NCBI GenBank assembly: GCA_977030845.1
Contig: OZ365109.1
Location: forward strand, 62,682,001 to 62,746,000
Length of the DNA stretch: 64,000 nt
Source of the DNA: Fimbriosthenelais zetlandica
Lineage: Eukaryota
Reading direction: 5' to 3'
Part shown: piece after piece, positions 13,896-25,366 of the stretch
Position numbering within the stretch: the stretch's first letter is position 1
Layout of the letters: each line of letters begins with the position of its first letter
Translations under genes and position numbers: made by a program
Notes under the pieces: model-generated
What the model saw: the letters and a program-made list of their open reading frames with translations, nothing else
Told to the model about the DNA's origin: nothing
Database searches by the model: none

Positions 13896-14557
13896 CCTTC
13901 CACATGCGGCGCAGAAAAGTAATGTACAACTACACCACTGTGATGGTCTGATATATTCATTGAATAGATAATTATTGCTTCGGGCATCTATAGGTGGATA
14001 CAGGCCTGATATGATATTTAATGATTGTGATTGTTTCAGGTATAAGCAATGGTGCAATGTCGTAATAATTTTGTCCAGTGAGTGTACAAGCCATGCATTG
14101 TCCCATATCGATGATCACAATGCAAAACCTCCTAACTGCAAAATGGTGTTTTCGAGAAAACAGAGCAAAACAACATTATTTTAAGAATGGATTTCAATTA
14201 GGGAACATTTCACAGGTCTATACCATAATTGTGTAACCTTCACTGGTTGGTTATATGCCACTGGCTATCCTGTCCCATGCCCACGAAAGCTAATATTGAA
14301 ATTAATGTAAAAGATACTTTAATTTAGTTATAGAGCCTCAACACGAAGATTAATATTATACATTTTTTTCTTGGGGCGCATGCATGCCAGTCAATGTATC
14401 AAATTTACAGCAAAATTGTACTCAATTTACGAGTTACTCGGCTGTTGTGGATCTTGCGACATCAAGATACAGCAGTTGCGGCTGGAAAAGCCAAAGAATC
14501 GCATGAAACAGTGTAGCTATACACTGCAAATCCACTGAACACCTAACGCGTTTAGAA

Positions 14558-14730
14558 TTGATTGAATGGGGTTTAACGTCACTTTTGAACAATTTTTCAG
14601 TTATATCATGACGGTGCCTACTTGTGACAGTGAGCCCAATGCTCTTTTATAGTGCTGCCTCACTGAGGTATCATGTCGCAGGCACATGACATGATATCTC
14701 CCCCAGTCACATTATACTGACACCGGGTTG
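14558..14730 (-). mobile_element. 5'-truncated SINE (MetaSINE-like core) inserted in the transposon left end
   Basis: Perfect 14-bp TSD TAACGCGTTTAGAA at 14544-14557 and 14731-14744. Minus strand reads TCAGTATAATGTGACTGG...TCAGTGAGGCAGCACTATAAAA...GACGTTAAACCCCATTCAATCAA (short-repeat tail). The family name is from recalled consensus, not a search. Confidence 0.8.
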
Positions 14731-15599
14731 TAACGCGTTTAGAAACGAAACAGGGGCATTTATAATTGAAGAAATGTGTTTTTAAACTAAACATTATGTT
14801 TAAATATAATGTTTAGGCGCCAGGGGTTTAGGTATATATCTCAAAGCAGAGAGGACCACGGGCCCACACAAAGATTGCTATAATATTAATGATTGATTTA
14901 AATATAACTTATCAACCACCATAATATTATACATCATGATCATATCATGGTATCAAATCGATATCCGATTCCCAAAATTTGAATGTTCCGGATATCAACT
15001 CTTGTCTCAGCTTTATACTCATTATATAATTTGAGTGGCTTGAATATAAACATGCCATTTATAACTCGGCCTCTTGCGCATGCGCCTTGATGACTTCCAG
15101 GAAGCTGACCACTTGACCACTTCATAGCCTACTACGATTCCAACAAGTAAGAACATTTTACTTAAAATTTCACATTTTCAGGCCTTCTAAGGCCACGAAT
15201 CTTAGAGAGAGGGGATAGCGATCTTGCGACTATGTCCATGGACCAGAGAAATACATAATGCTGTATGGAAAGGCATATAAAGGTCCCTGCTTATGATTGC
15301 ATGATCGCGACCCCCTCTCAAATTGAACAACATGTGAGGCCTTTTAAGGAAAATATACTACTTTTACCGGTATTATGTCGATTTAGACAAGTCTAGATTG
15401 GTGGTAGAAAACTCTGGTTGTGGTGGATTCATACATGGTAAATTAATAAGCTTGGTAATAATAACATAAATTGCCGGATCACTTAAAAACAACGTTCAGC
15501 TACATAAACACCATGCTTATCTTTGTAAACACCATGTTTAGCAGTTCCCTTTCGGCCATTCTCGTGACTTACACCATCAGTTACGAGCTATACATGCAT

Positions 15600-15832
15600 A
15601 CTGACATGTACATGTATGTCGGTATGCATGTCGGTATGTATGTTGGTATGCATGTCAGTATGTTAGTCGGTATGTTTGTCGGTATGTATGTTGGTATGCA
15701 TGTCAGTATGTTTGTCGGTATGTTTGTCGGTATGTATGTTGGTATGCATGTCAGTATGTTTGTCGGTATGTTTGTCGGTATGTATGTTGGTATGTATATC
15801 AGTATGTCGGTATGCATGCCGTCATACTGACA
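15600..15832. repeat. Compound 12-bp tandem array (GTYGGTATGYAT-type units, 36-bp higher-order period) upstream of the transposase
   Basis: Read directly; bracketed by inverted CATACTGAC units at ~15597 and ~15823; produces the spurious low-complexity ORFs at 15471-15897. Confidence 0.95.
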
Positions 15833-15927
15833 TGCATGCCTTCATACCGACAGACAGAGAGACATCTGATGATTATTTAGGTAAAGTAATCTCGTAGATT
15901 ATTCATTGATTCTTCTATTTTAGAAAA

Positions 15928-17891
15928 ATGGACGGCTTCAATTGCTCCATGTGTTGCTACAGCTCTTCTTTGTATAAACATTTCGTCGATCATGTGATAA
16001 GAATGCACCGACATGATCCTAATTTCATTGTTAACTGTAATGTGGTAAACTGCTCTTACTCCAGCAAGAGTTGGGGAGCATTTAAGGCCCATATGAGCCG
16101 AAAGCATGCAGATCCAATAATAGCTAATAATTATACTGACCATGGCATCTATGACGAGTCCAATACCATGGAATATATTGGACCTACACTTTCACAGCTA
16201 CATTTAGACCAGAAGAGAGTTGCGAATGCCACATTTTCTCTGGCACTGGAATCAGGCCATAACCTGGTCCAGTCATCGGTTGACGATGTCCTGGAGTCGA
16301 CCTCTTATCTTATTGAACAGCATGTGACACTTCTTAAGGAAAAGGTGCGGGCCAAATTAGAGGAACGTGGGATGGATGCAGACTTCTTGGAGGAAATTCC
16401 AGTGGAGCATCTACTGGATGAACTTGGATCCCACAAGAAGCGCACCAAAGTGTATGAAGAACTGGGATACATTGACCCATCTCCCGTAAAAGTAGGAAGC
16501 AGATTTGTAACAGTGAAAGGCAAATTGATCCAAAAGGATCTATTTTCCTATACAGTGCTTTTCAAGGAAAGCCTTGCCCGTATGTTAGAAATGCCCGAGG
16601 TGTGGACATATGTAAACAATGTTCATACAAGCACAAATGAATACACGATGTCTGTGATGGTTCATATATACAGTCACATCCCATGTTCATGAGAAATGCC
16701 AAGGCACTGCAAATCTTTCTTAACATGGATGACATGGAAATAGTGAATCCGATAGGGTCACACACCAAAAAACACAAGCTTTCCATGTTCTATTATACTT
16801 TGGGAAACATACCTCCTGAATGTCGCTCACGTTTGCAAGCTATTCAGCTTTTAGCAGTAGGACGAACCAAGGATCTGAGGGCATGTGGACCAGGTGTGCT
16901 ACTGCAGGATTTCATAAGAGCTATAAATGAAATGTCCACGGGGGGCGTTCTTCTGAAACTGAACGGCCATAATGTGAATATCGAAGGAACACTGATCATG
17001 GTTCCATGTGACACACTGGCTTCCCAATGGATTGGTGGGTTTAAGGAAGCTGTTGGCTTTGTGTATAGAGGATGCAGAAATTGCACAGCAACGCAAACAC
17101 AAAGGAAAGAACTATTTTGGGAGAAAGACTTTACTTTGAGAATGGAGGACGTACATCGCGAACACTGTGACGATTTGGAATCTGGTTTATCCAAGACAGC
17201 AAGGCAATATTGGAGCAAACATTGGGGTATCAACAAGAAAAGTTGTCTGCAAAGCATTCCTGATTTTCAAATCTGTTCTGGGCTTGTGCAGGACCCAATG
17301 CACATACTCTTGGAGGGTGTCATTCCTCATGTGTTAAAATACATGCTGTATGACTTCATCTTTGTTTCAAAATACTTTAAATTGCAGTGGCTGAACAACA
17401 GGATTGCTTCATTTCCATACACCTACTTGGAAATACGTAGCAAACCCGAACCTTTGCAGGGACATCAGCTCAATGGCGAAGGTCGTTTGAAGCAAACCTC
17501 TGCAGCAACATTAACCCTCACTTTTGTATTGCCTTACATTGTCTCTGAGAAGATATCACATGGAGAGGCAAAGTGGGTAAACTTTTTGAGGCTTGTGCAG
17601 ATAACATTGCTTGTCACCAGTCCCTATTGTTCGCGGACCACTGCCCCTCTTTTAGCACAGCTCATCTTTGATCATCACACTGCCTTCGTAAATCTTTATC
17701 CTTGTTTGCGGGTATGTATGTCGGTATGTATGTTGGTATGCATGTCAGTATGTTTGTCGGTATGTATGTTGGTATGTATGTCGGTATGTATATCAGTATG
17801 TCGGTATGCATGCCGTCATACTGACATGCATGCCTTCATACCGACAGACAGAGAGACATCTGATGATTATTTAGGTAAAGTAATCTCGTAG
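15928..17891 (+). pseudogene. EnSpm/CACTA transposase copy 1, frameshifted (~16641) and 3'-truncated
   Basis: ORFs 15928-16692 and 16683-17891. Two C2H2 fingers (CSMC..HVIRMH, CNVVNC..HMSRKH), LNMDDMEIVNPIG, VPCDTLAS, GCRNC and QDPMHILLEG motifs; ends in array-encoded sequence. Confidence 0.9.
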
Positions 17892-17921
17892 ATTATTCAT
17901 TGATTCTTCTATTTTAGAAAA

Positions 17922-20802
17922 ATGGACGGCTTCAATTGCTCCATGTGTTGCTACAGCTCTTCTTTGTATAAACATTTCGTCGATCATGTGATAAGAATGC
18001 ACCGACATGATCCTAATTTCATTGTTAACTGTAATGTGGTAAACTGCTCTTACTCCAGCAAGAGTTGGGGAGCATTTAAAGTGTAACTCGTGGGGCTATA
18101 CATGACTATGCATAAACATGTTCCAAATAGTGTTTAAATAATGAAAAGTCGTTCCAAATATTTTTTTCGTAATTCGAAATTTGTATAAATCCTGCGTTTT
18201 TGGAGCTATTTTGACACCTGTCTGAAAACGGTTCGTTGAGACAGTAGGTGGCGTGGTCAGTAGCGCATGACGTCACAAATCTGCACCCCCACCCACACTG
18301 AGCCCGCTCTGAGCCTTGCTCTGAGGCTTCTATGTTTGTAAACACCCGAGCGCCGACGTGGGAGAGAGCATGCACCTTTCCACTGCGAGAGAACATGCAT
18401 TACATTTGGCGGCTCTATATAGCCTATGGGAAAGTCAGCAAAGTGCAGTTGATTTGTGGGGGCGGGGGTAAAGTGTAGGCAATATATTTTTTTAGTACTT
18501 CAGTTAATAACGCCTATTAGTATTATAGGCCTCACTTAGCCGTGTTCCCGGCGTCTTCTGCCCGGTACACCCCTTCACCTCCTGGTCACTGTTCCCCACT
18601 ATCATGCACACGATTTGACAGGGGACGTTTTTAGTTAATTAGTCCTAACTGGATTAAAAAAGTAAAGGACAGTCTCATCTATAAATTGTTTGGAACAATA
18701 TAGTTATACCCTATACCCTATACCACTGGCTTTCTCGGAACTGCCCTATTTGTACAGTAGGAATCATCAGAAGCCATTTTCTCTCAACGAGCAATGCAGA
18801 TTTGTGACGTCACACTCCCCTGGCTCTACAGCGCTTTTAAATCCGGCGGTTTCAGTGGGAACTACATATTTTACACTTTCTAGGGTAAATAACTCATAAA
18901 CAAATTAGTGATTAAACGATGCCTTAACATTTTATGATACCTTTACTCAACATGAATTGTCAAAAGTCAAAAAATGCTATTTTAAAATAGCCATTAGTTG
19001 CCCTTTAAGGCCCATATGAGCCGAAAGCATGCAGATCCAATAATAGCTAATAATTATACTGACCATGGCATCAATGACGAGTCCAATACCATGGAATATA
19101 TTGGACCTACACCTTCACAGCTACATTTAGACCAGAAGAGAGTTGCGAATGCCACATTTTCTCTGGCACTGGAATCAGGCCATAACCTGGTCCAGTCATC
19201 GGTTGACGATGTCCTGGAGTCGACCTCTTATCTTATTGAACAGCATGTGACACTTCTTAAGGAAAAGGTGCGGGCCAAATTAGAGGAACGTGGGATGGAT
19301 GCAGACTTCTTGGAGGAAATTCCAGTGGAGCATCTACTGGATGAACTTGGATCCCACAAGAAGCGCACCAAAGTGTATGAAGAACTGGGATACATTGACC
19401 CATCTCCCGTAAAAGTAGGAAGCAGATTTGTAACAGTGAAAGGCAAATTGATCCAAAAGGATCTATTTTCCTATACAGTGCCTTTCAAGGAAAGCCTTGC
19501 CCGTATGTTAGAAATGCCCGAGGTGTGGACATATGTAAACAATGTTCATACAAGCACAAATGAATACACGATGTCTGTGATGGTTCATATATACAGTCAC
19601 ATCCCATGTTCATGAGAAATGCCAAGGCACTGCAAATCTTTCTTAACATGGATGACATGGAAATAGTGAATCCGATAGGGTCACACACCAAAAAACACAA
19701 GCTTTCCATGTTCTATTATACTTTGGGAAACATACCTCCTGAATGTCGCTCACGTTTGCAAGCTATTCAGCTTTTAGCAGTAGGACGAACCAAGGATCTG
19801 AGGGCATGTGGACCAGGTGTGCTACTGCAGGATTTCATAAGAGCTATAAATGAAATGTCCACGGGGGGCGTTCTTCTGAAACTGAACGGCCATAATGTGA
19901 ATATCGAAGGAACACTGATCATGGTTCCATGTGACACACTGGCTTCCCAATGGATTGGTGGGTTTAAGGAAGCTGTTGGCTTTGTGTATAGAGGATGCAG
20001 AAATTGCACAGCAACGCAAACACAAAGGAAAGAACTATTTTGGGAGAAAGACTTTACTTTGAGAATGGAGGACGTACATCGCGAACACTGTGACGATTTG
20101 GAATCTGGTTTATCCAAGACAGCAAGGCAATATTGGAGCAAACATTGGGGTATCAACAAGAAAAGTTGTCTGCAAAGCATTCCTGATTTTCAAATCTGTT
20201 CTGGGCTTGTGCAGGACCCAATGCACATACTCTTGGAGGGTGTCATTCCTCATGTGTTAAAATACATGCTGTATGACTTCATCTTTGTTTCAAAATACTT
20301 TAAATTGCAGTGGCTGAACAACAGGATTGCTTCATTTCCATACACCTACTTGGAAATACGTAGCAAACCCGAACCTTTGCAGGGACATCAGCTCAATGGC
20401 GAAGGTCGTTTGAAGCAAACCTCTGCAGCAACATTAACCCTCACTTTTGTATTGCCTTACATTGTCTCTGAGAAGATATCACATGGAGAGGCAAAGTGGG
20501 TAAACTTTTTGAGGCTTGTGCAGATAACATTGCTTGTCACCAGTCCCTATTGTTCGCGGACCACTGCCCCTCTTTTAGCACAGCTCATCTATGATCATCA
20601 CACTGCCTTCGTAAATCTTTATCCTTGTTTGCGGGTATGTATGTCGGTATGTATGTTGGTATGCATGTCAGTATGTTTGTCGGTATGTATGTTGGTATGT
20701 ATATCAGTATGTCGGTATGCATGCCGTCATACTGACATGCATGCCTTCATACCGACAGACAGAGAGACATCTGATGATTATTTAGGTAAAGTAATCTCGT
20801 AG
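17922..20802 (+). pseudogene. Transposase copy 2, interrupted by a 925-bp insertion, frameshifted and truncated
   Basis: ATG 17922 to TTAA 18076-79, resumes at 19005; ORF 19606-20802 matches copy 1. Confidence 0.9.
18080..19004. mobile_element. Non-autonomous TTAA-site DNA transposon, Kolobok-like (925 bp)
   Basis: TTAA TSD at 18076-79 and 19005-08; the empty site GCATTTAAGGCC is seen in the other three copies. Termini AGTGTAACT / AGGGCAACT (reverse complement). Perfect internal 18-bp inverted repeat at 18268-18285 and 18795-18812. AG termini fit Kolobok rather than piggyBac (CCY). Confidence 0.75.
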
Positions 20803-20832
20803 ATTATTCATTGATTCTTCTATTTTAGAAAA

Positions 20833-22796
20833 ATGGACGGCTTCAATTGCTCCATGTGTTGCTACAGCTCTTCTTTGTATAAACATTTCGTCGATCATGT
20901 GATAAGAATGCACCGACATGATCCTAATTTCATTGTTAACTGTAATGTGGTAAACTGCTCTTACTCCAGCAAGAGTTGGGGAGCATTTAAGGCCCATATG
21001 AGCCGAAAGCATGCAGATCCAATAATAGCTAATAATTATACTGACCATGGCATCAATGACGAGTCCAATACCATGGAATATATTGGACCTACACCTTCAC
21101 AGCTACATTTAGACCAGAAGAGAGTTGCGAATGCCACATTTTCTCTGGCACTGGAATCAGGCCATAACCTGGTCCAGTCATCGGTTGACGATGTCCTGGA
21201 GTCGACCTCTTATCTTATTGAACAGCATGTGACACTTCTTAAGGAAAAGGTGCGGGCCAAATTAGAGGAACGTGGGATGGATGCAGACTTCTTGGAGGAA
21301 ATTCCAGTGGAGCATCTACTGGATGAACTTGGATCCCACAAGAAGCGCACCAAAGTGTATGAAGAACTGGGATACATTGACCCATCTCCCGTAAAAGTAG
21401 GAAGCAGATTTGTAACAGTGAAAGGCAAATTGATCCAAAAGGATCTATTTTCCTATACAGTGCCTTTCAAGGAAAGCCTTGCCCGTATGTTAGAAATGCC
21501 CGAGGTGTGGACATATGTAAACAATGTTCATACAAGCACAAATGAATACACGATGTCTGTGATGGTTCATATATACAGTCACATCCCATGTTCATGAGAA
21601 ATGCCAAGGCACTGCAAATCTTTCTTAACATGGATGACATGGAAATAGTGAATCCGATAGGGTCACACACCAAAAAACACAAGCTTTCCATGTTCTATTA
21701 TACTTTGGGAAACATACCTCCTGAATGTCGCTCACGTTTGCAAGCTATTCAGCTTTTAGCAGTAGGACGAACCAAGGATCTGAGGGCATGTGGACCAGGT
21801 GTGCTACTGCAGGATTTCATAAGAGCTATAAATGAAATGTCCACGGGGGGCGTTCTTCTGAAACTGAACGGCCATAATGTGAATATCGAAGGAACACTGA
21901 TCATGGTTCCATGTGACACACTGGCTTCCCAATGGATTGGTGGGTTTAAGGAAGCTGTTGGCTTTGTGTATAGAGGATGCAGAAATTGCACAGCAACGCA
22001 AACACAAAGGAAAGAACTATTTTGGGAGAAAGACTTTACTTTGAGAATGGAGGACGTACATCGCGAACACTGTGACGATTTGGAATCTGGTTTATCCAAG
22101 ACAGCAAGGCAATATTGGAGCAAACATTGGGGTATCAACAAGAAAAGTTGTCTGCAAAGCATTCCTGATTTTCAAATCTGTTCTGGGCTTGTGCAGGACC
22201 CAATGCACATACTCTTGGAGGGTGTCATTCCTCATGTGTTAAAATACATGCTGTATGACTTCATCTTTGTTTCAAAATACTTTAAATTGCAGTGGCTGAA
22301 CAACAGGATTGCTTCATTTCCATACACCTACTTGGAAATACGTAGCAAACCCGAACCTTTGCAGGGACATCAGCTCAATGGCGAAGGTCGTTTGAAGCAA
22401 ACCTCTGCAGCAACATTAACCCTCACTTTTGTATTGCCTTACATTGTCTCTGAGAAGATATCACATGGAGAGGCAAAGTGGGTAAACTTTTTGAGGCTTG
22501 TGCAGATAACATTGCTTGTCACCAGTCCCTATTGTTCGCGGACCACTGCCCCTCTTTTAGCACAGCTCATCTTTGATCATCACACTGCCTTCGTAAATCT
22601 TTATCCTTGTTTGCGGGTATGTATGTCGGTATGTATGTTGGTATGCATGTCAGTATGTTTGTCGGTATGTATGTTGGTATGTATGTCGGTATGTATATCA
22701 GTATGTCGGTATGCATGCCGTCATACTGACATGCATGCCTTCATACCGACAGACAGAGAGACATCTGATGATTATTTAGGTAAAGTAATCTCGTAG
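20833..22796 (+). pseudogene. Transposase copy 3, frameshifted and truncated
   Basis: ORFs 20833-21597 and 21588-22796, near-identical to copy 1. Confidence 0.9.
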
Positions 22797-22826
22797 ATTA
22801 TTCATTGATTCTTCTATTTTAGAAAA

Positions 22827-25270
22827 ATGGACGGCTTCAATTGCTCCATGTGTTGCTACAGCTCTTCTTTGTATAAACATTTCGTCGATCATGTGATAAG
22901 AATGCACCGACATGATCCTAATTTCATTGTTAACTGTAATGTGGTAAACTGCTCTTACTCCAGCAAGAGTTGGGGAGCATTTAAGGCCCATATGAGCCGA
23001 AAGCATGCAGATCCAATAATAGCTAATAATTATACTGACCATGGCATCAATGACGAGTCCAATACCATGGAATATATTGGACCTACACCTTCACAGCTAC
23101 ATTTAGACCAGAAGAGAGTTGCGAATGCCACATTTTCTCTGGCACTGGAATCAGGCCATAACCTGGTCCAGTCATCGGTTGACGATGTCCTGGAGTCGAC
23201 CTCTTATCTTATTGAACAGCATGTGACACTTCTTAAGGAAAAGGTGCGGGCCAAATTAGAGGAACGTGGGATGGATGCAGACTTCTTGGAGGAAATTCCA
23301 GTGGAGCATCTACTGGATGAACTTGGATCCCACAAGAAGCGCACCAAAGTGTATGAAGAACTGGGATACATTGACCCATCTCCCGTAAAAGTAGGAAGCA
23401 GATTTGTAACAGTGAAAGGCAAATTGATCCAAAAGGATCTATTTTCCTATACAGTGCCTTTCAAGGAAAGCCTTGCCCGTATGTTAGAAATGCCCGAGGT
23501 GTGGACATATGTAAACAATGTTCATACAAGCACAAATGAATACACGATGTCTGTGATGGTTCATATATACAGTCACATCCCATGTTCATGAGAAATGCCA
23601 AGGCACTGCAAATCTTTCTTAACATGGATGACATGGAAATAGTGAATCCGATAGGGTCACACACCAAAAAACACAAGCTTTCCATGTTCTATTATACTTT
23701 GGGAAACATACCTCCTGAATGTCGCTCACGTTTGCAAGCTATTCAGCTTTTAGCAGTAGGACGAACCAAGGATCTGAGGGCATGTGGACCAGGTGTGCTA
23801 CTGCAGGATTTCATAAGAGCTATAAATGAAATGTCCACGGGGGGCGTTCTTCTGAAACTGAACGGCCATAATGTGAATATCGAAGGAACACTGATCATGG
23901 TTCCATGTGACACACTGGCTTCCCAATGGATTGGTGGGTTTAAGGAAGCTGTTGGCTTTGTGTATAGAGGATGCAGAAATTGCACAGCAACGCAAACACA
24001 AAGGAAAGAACTATTTTGGGAGAAAGACTTTACTTTGAGAATGGAGGACGTACATCGCGAACACTGTGACGATTTGGAATCTGGTTTATCCAAGACAGCA
24101 AGGCAATATTGGAGCAAACATTGGGGTATCAACAAGAAAAGTTGTCTGCAAAGCATTCCTGATTTTCAAATCTGTTCTGGGCTTGTGCAGGACCCAATGC
24201 ACATACTCGTGGAGGGTGTCATTCCTCATGTGTTAAAATACATGCTGTATGACTTCATCTTTGTTTCAAAATACTTTAAATTGCAGTGGCTGAACAACAG
24301 GATTGCTTCATTTCCATACACCTACTTGGAAATACGTAGCAAACCCGAACCTTTGCAGGGACATCAGCTCAATGGCGAAGGTCGTTTGAAGCAAACCTCT
24401 GCAGCAACATTAACCCTCACTTTTGTATTGCCTTACATTGTCTCTGAGAAGATATCACATGGAGAGGCAAAGTGGGTAAACTTTTTGAGGCTTGTGCAGA
24501 TAACATTGCTTGTCACTAGTCCCTATTGTTCGCGGACCACTGCCCCTCTTTTAGCACAGCTCATCTATGATCATCACACTGCCTTCGTAAATCTTTATCC
24601 CTTGGGAACAGTCATCCCAAAAATGCACTACTGCGTGGATCTGCCACGTCAGATGTTACAGTATGGTCCACTGAGACATCATTGGTGCATGAGGTATGAA
24701 GGGAAGCATGGATTCTTCAAAGGGAAGAAATGGAGAAATTTCAAAAATCTCCCCTTGAGTATAAGCAGGAAACACCAGAAATACATGTGTTATAAACAGT
24801 TGGGTTGTGGAGGTGAGAGGTCTAGCTCATTTCTCTATGAAGGTGATATAATCCGTGAGGGACAGACAGTTGACTTCTTAGACATATATCCAGAATTAGC
24901 TGACAATATGTTTGCCCAAACTGGCGAGGTCTGCAATGGTCTGGAAGTCTACCAGACACCAGGTGTCACCATTCTTGGACATGAGTACAGACCAGGATGC
25001 TGCCTAGTTGTGGGGTACCAGGAAGATCTCCCACAGTTTGGCTTATTGTGTGACATTTTTGTTTTCAAAGATACAAAATACTTCGTGATTGAATACATGG
25101 ACATTGACTATTTCGAAAGACATTGTATAAGCTACGTGTTGCAAGCAACAAATACTCGCGCAGTACTTCCGCATTCTAAGCTCTTCTCAAAATGGCCTTT
25201 GAGTGTATATGTCCACCACAACCAGAAAACAGTTATCAATAGATATTCTCATACTTGTGAACAATTCTGA
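22827..25270 (+). pseudogene. Transposase copy 4: full-length EnSpm/CACTA DDE transposase (~810 aa if the frameshift at ~23540 is corrected)
   Basis: ORFs 22827-23591 and 23582-25270. All motifs of copy 1 plus PKMHYCVDLP, YGPLRHHWCMRYEGKHGFFK (likely catalytic E, codon 24698-24700) and a natural C-terminus. Confidence 0.9.
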
Positions 25271-25333
25271 AATATTAGGTACTTTATAATGGGTTACTAA
25301 TCCCCAGAATTCCCCACAAACCAGAAGTCAGGA

Positions 25334-25366
25334 GGGGTGGGGGTAGGGGTGGAGTGGGGTGCGGGG
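25334..25366 (+). other. Potential G-quadruplex between the two transposon genes
   Basis: Five runs of at least 4 G with 1-6-nt loops. Confidence 0.6.

Larger units (their letters stand above)
15708..24600 (+). repeat. Four head-to-tail copies of a ~1.99-kb unit (array tail plus 5' two-thirds of the transposase)
   Basis: Units ~15708-17701, 17702-20624 (1994 bp plus a 929-bp insertion), 20625-22606 (1982 bp) and 22607-24600 (1994 bp). Identical junction TTTATCC|TTGTTTGCGGGTATG at 17701, 20624 and 22606; only a handful of SNPs. Confidence 0.95.

Noticed and set aside
15471-15897. ORFs of 119, 78 and 73 aa with MYVG/IPTY/SVCM repeats
   Set aside because: Pure translation of the 12-bp tandem array.
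16630-16660. Programmed -1 ribosomal frameshift
   Set aside because: No X-XXY-YYZ heptamer and no evident downstream structure.
16305-24156. Repeated minus-strand ORFs (72, 74, 137, 67, 88 aa)
   Set aside because: Antisense shadows of the transposase, recurring only because of the tandem duplication.
15600-24600. CRISPR-like or prokaryotic operon interpretation of the repeats and overlapping ORFs
   Set aside because: No unique spacers; spliceosomal introns, SINE/LINE content and C2H2/CIDE-N domains indicate an animal genome.
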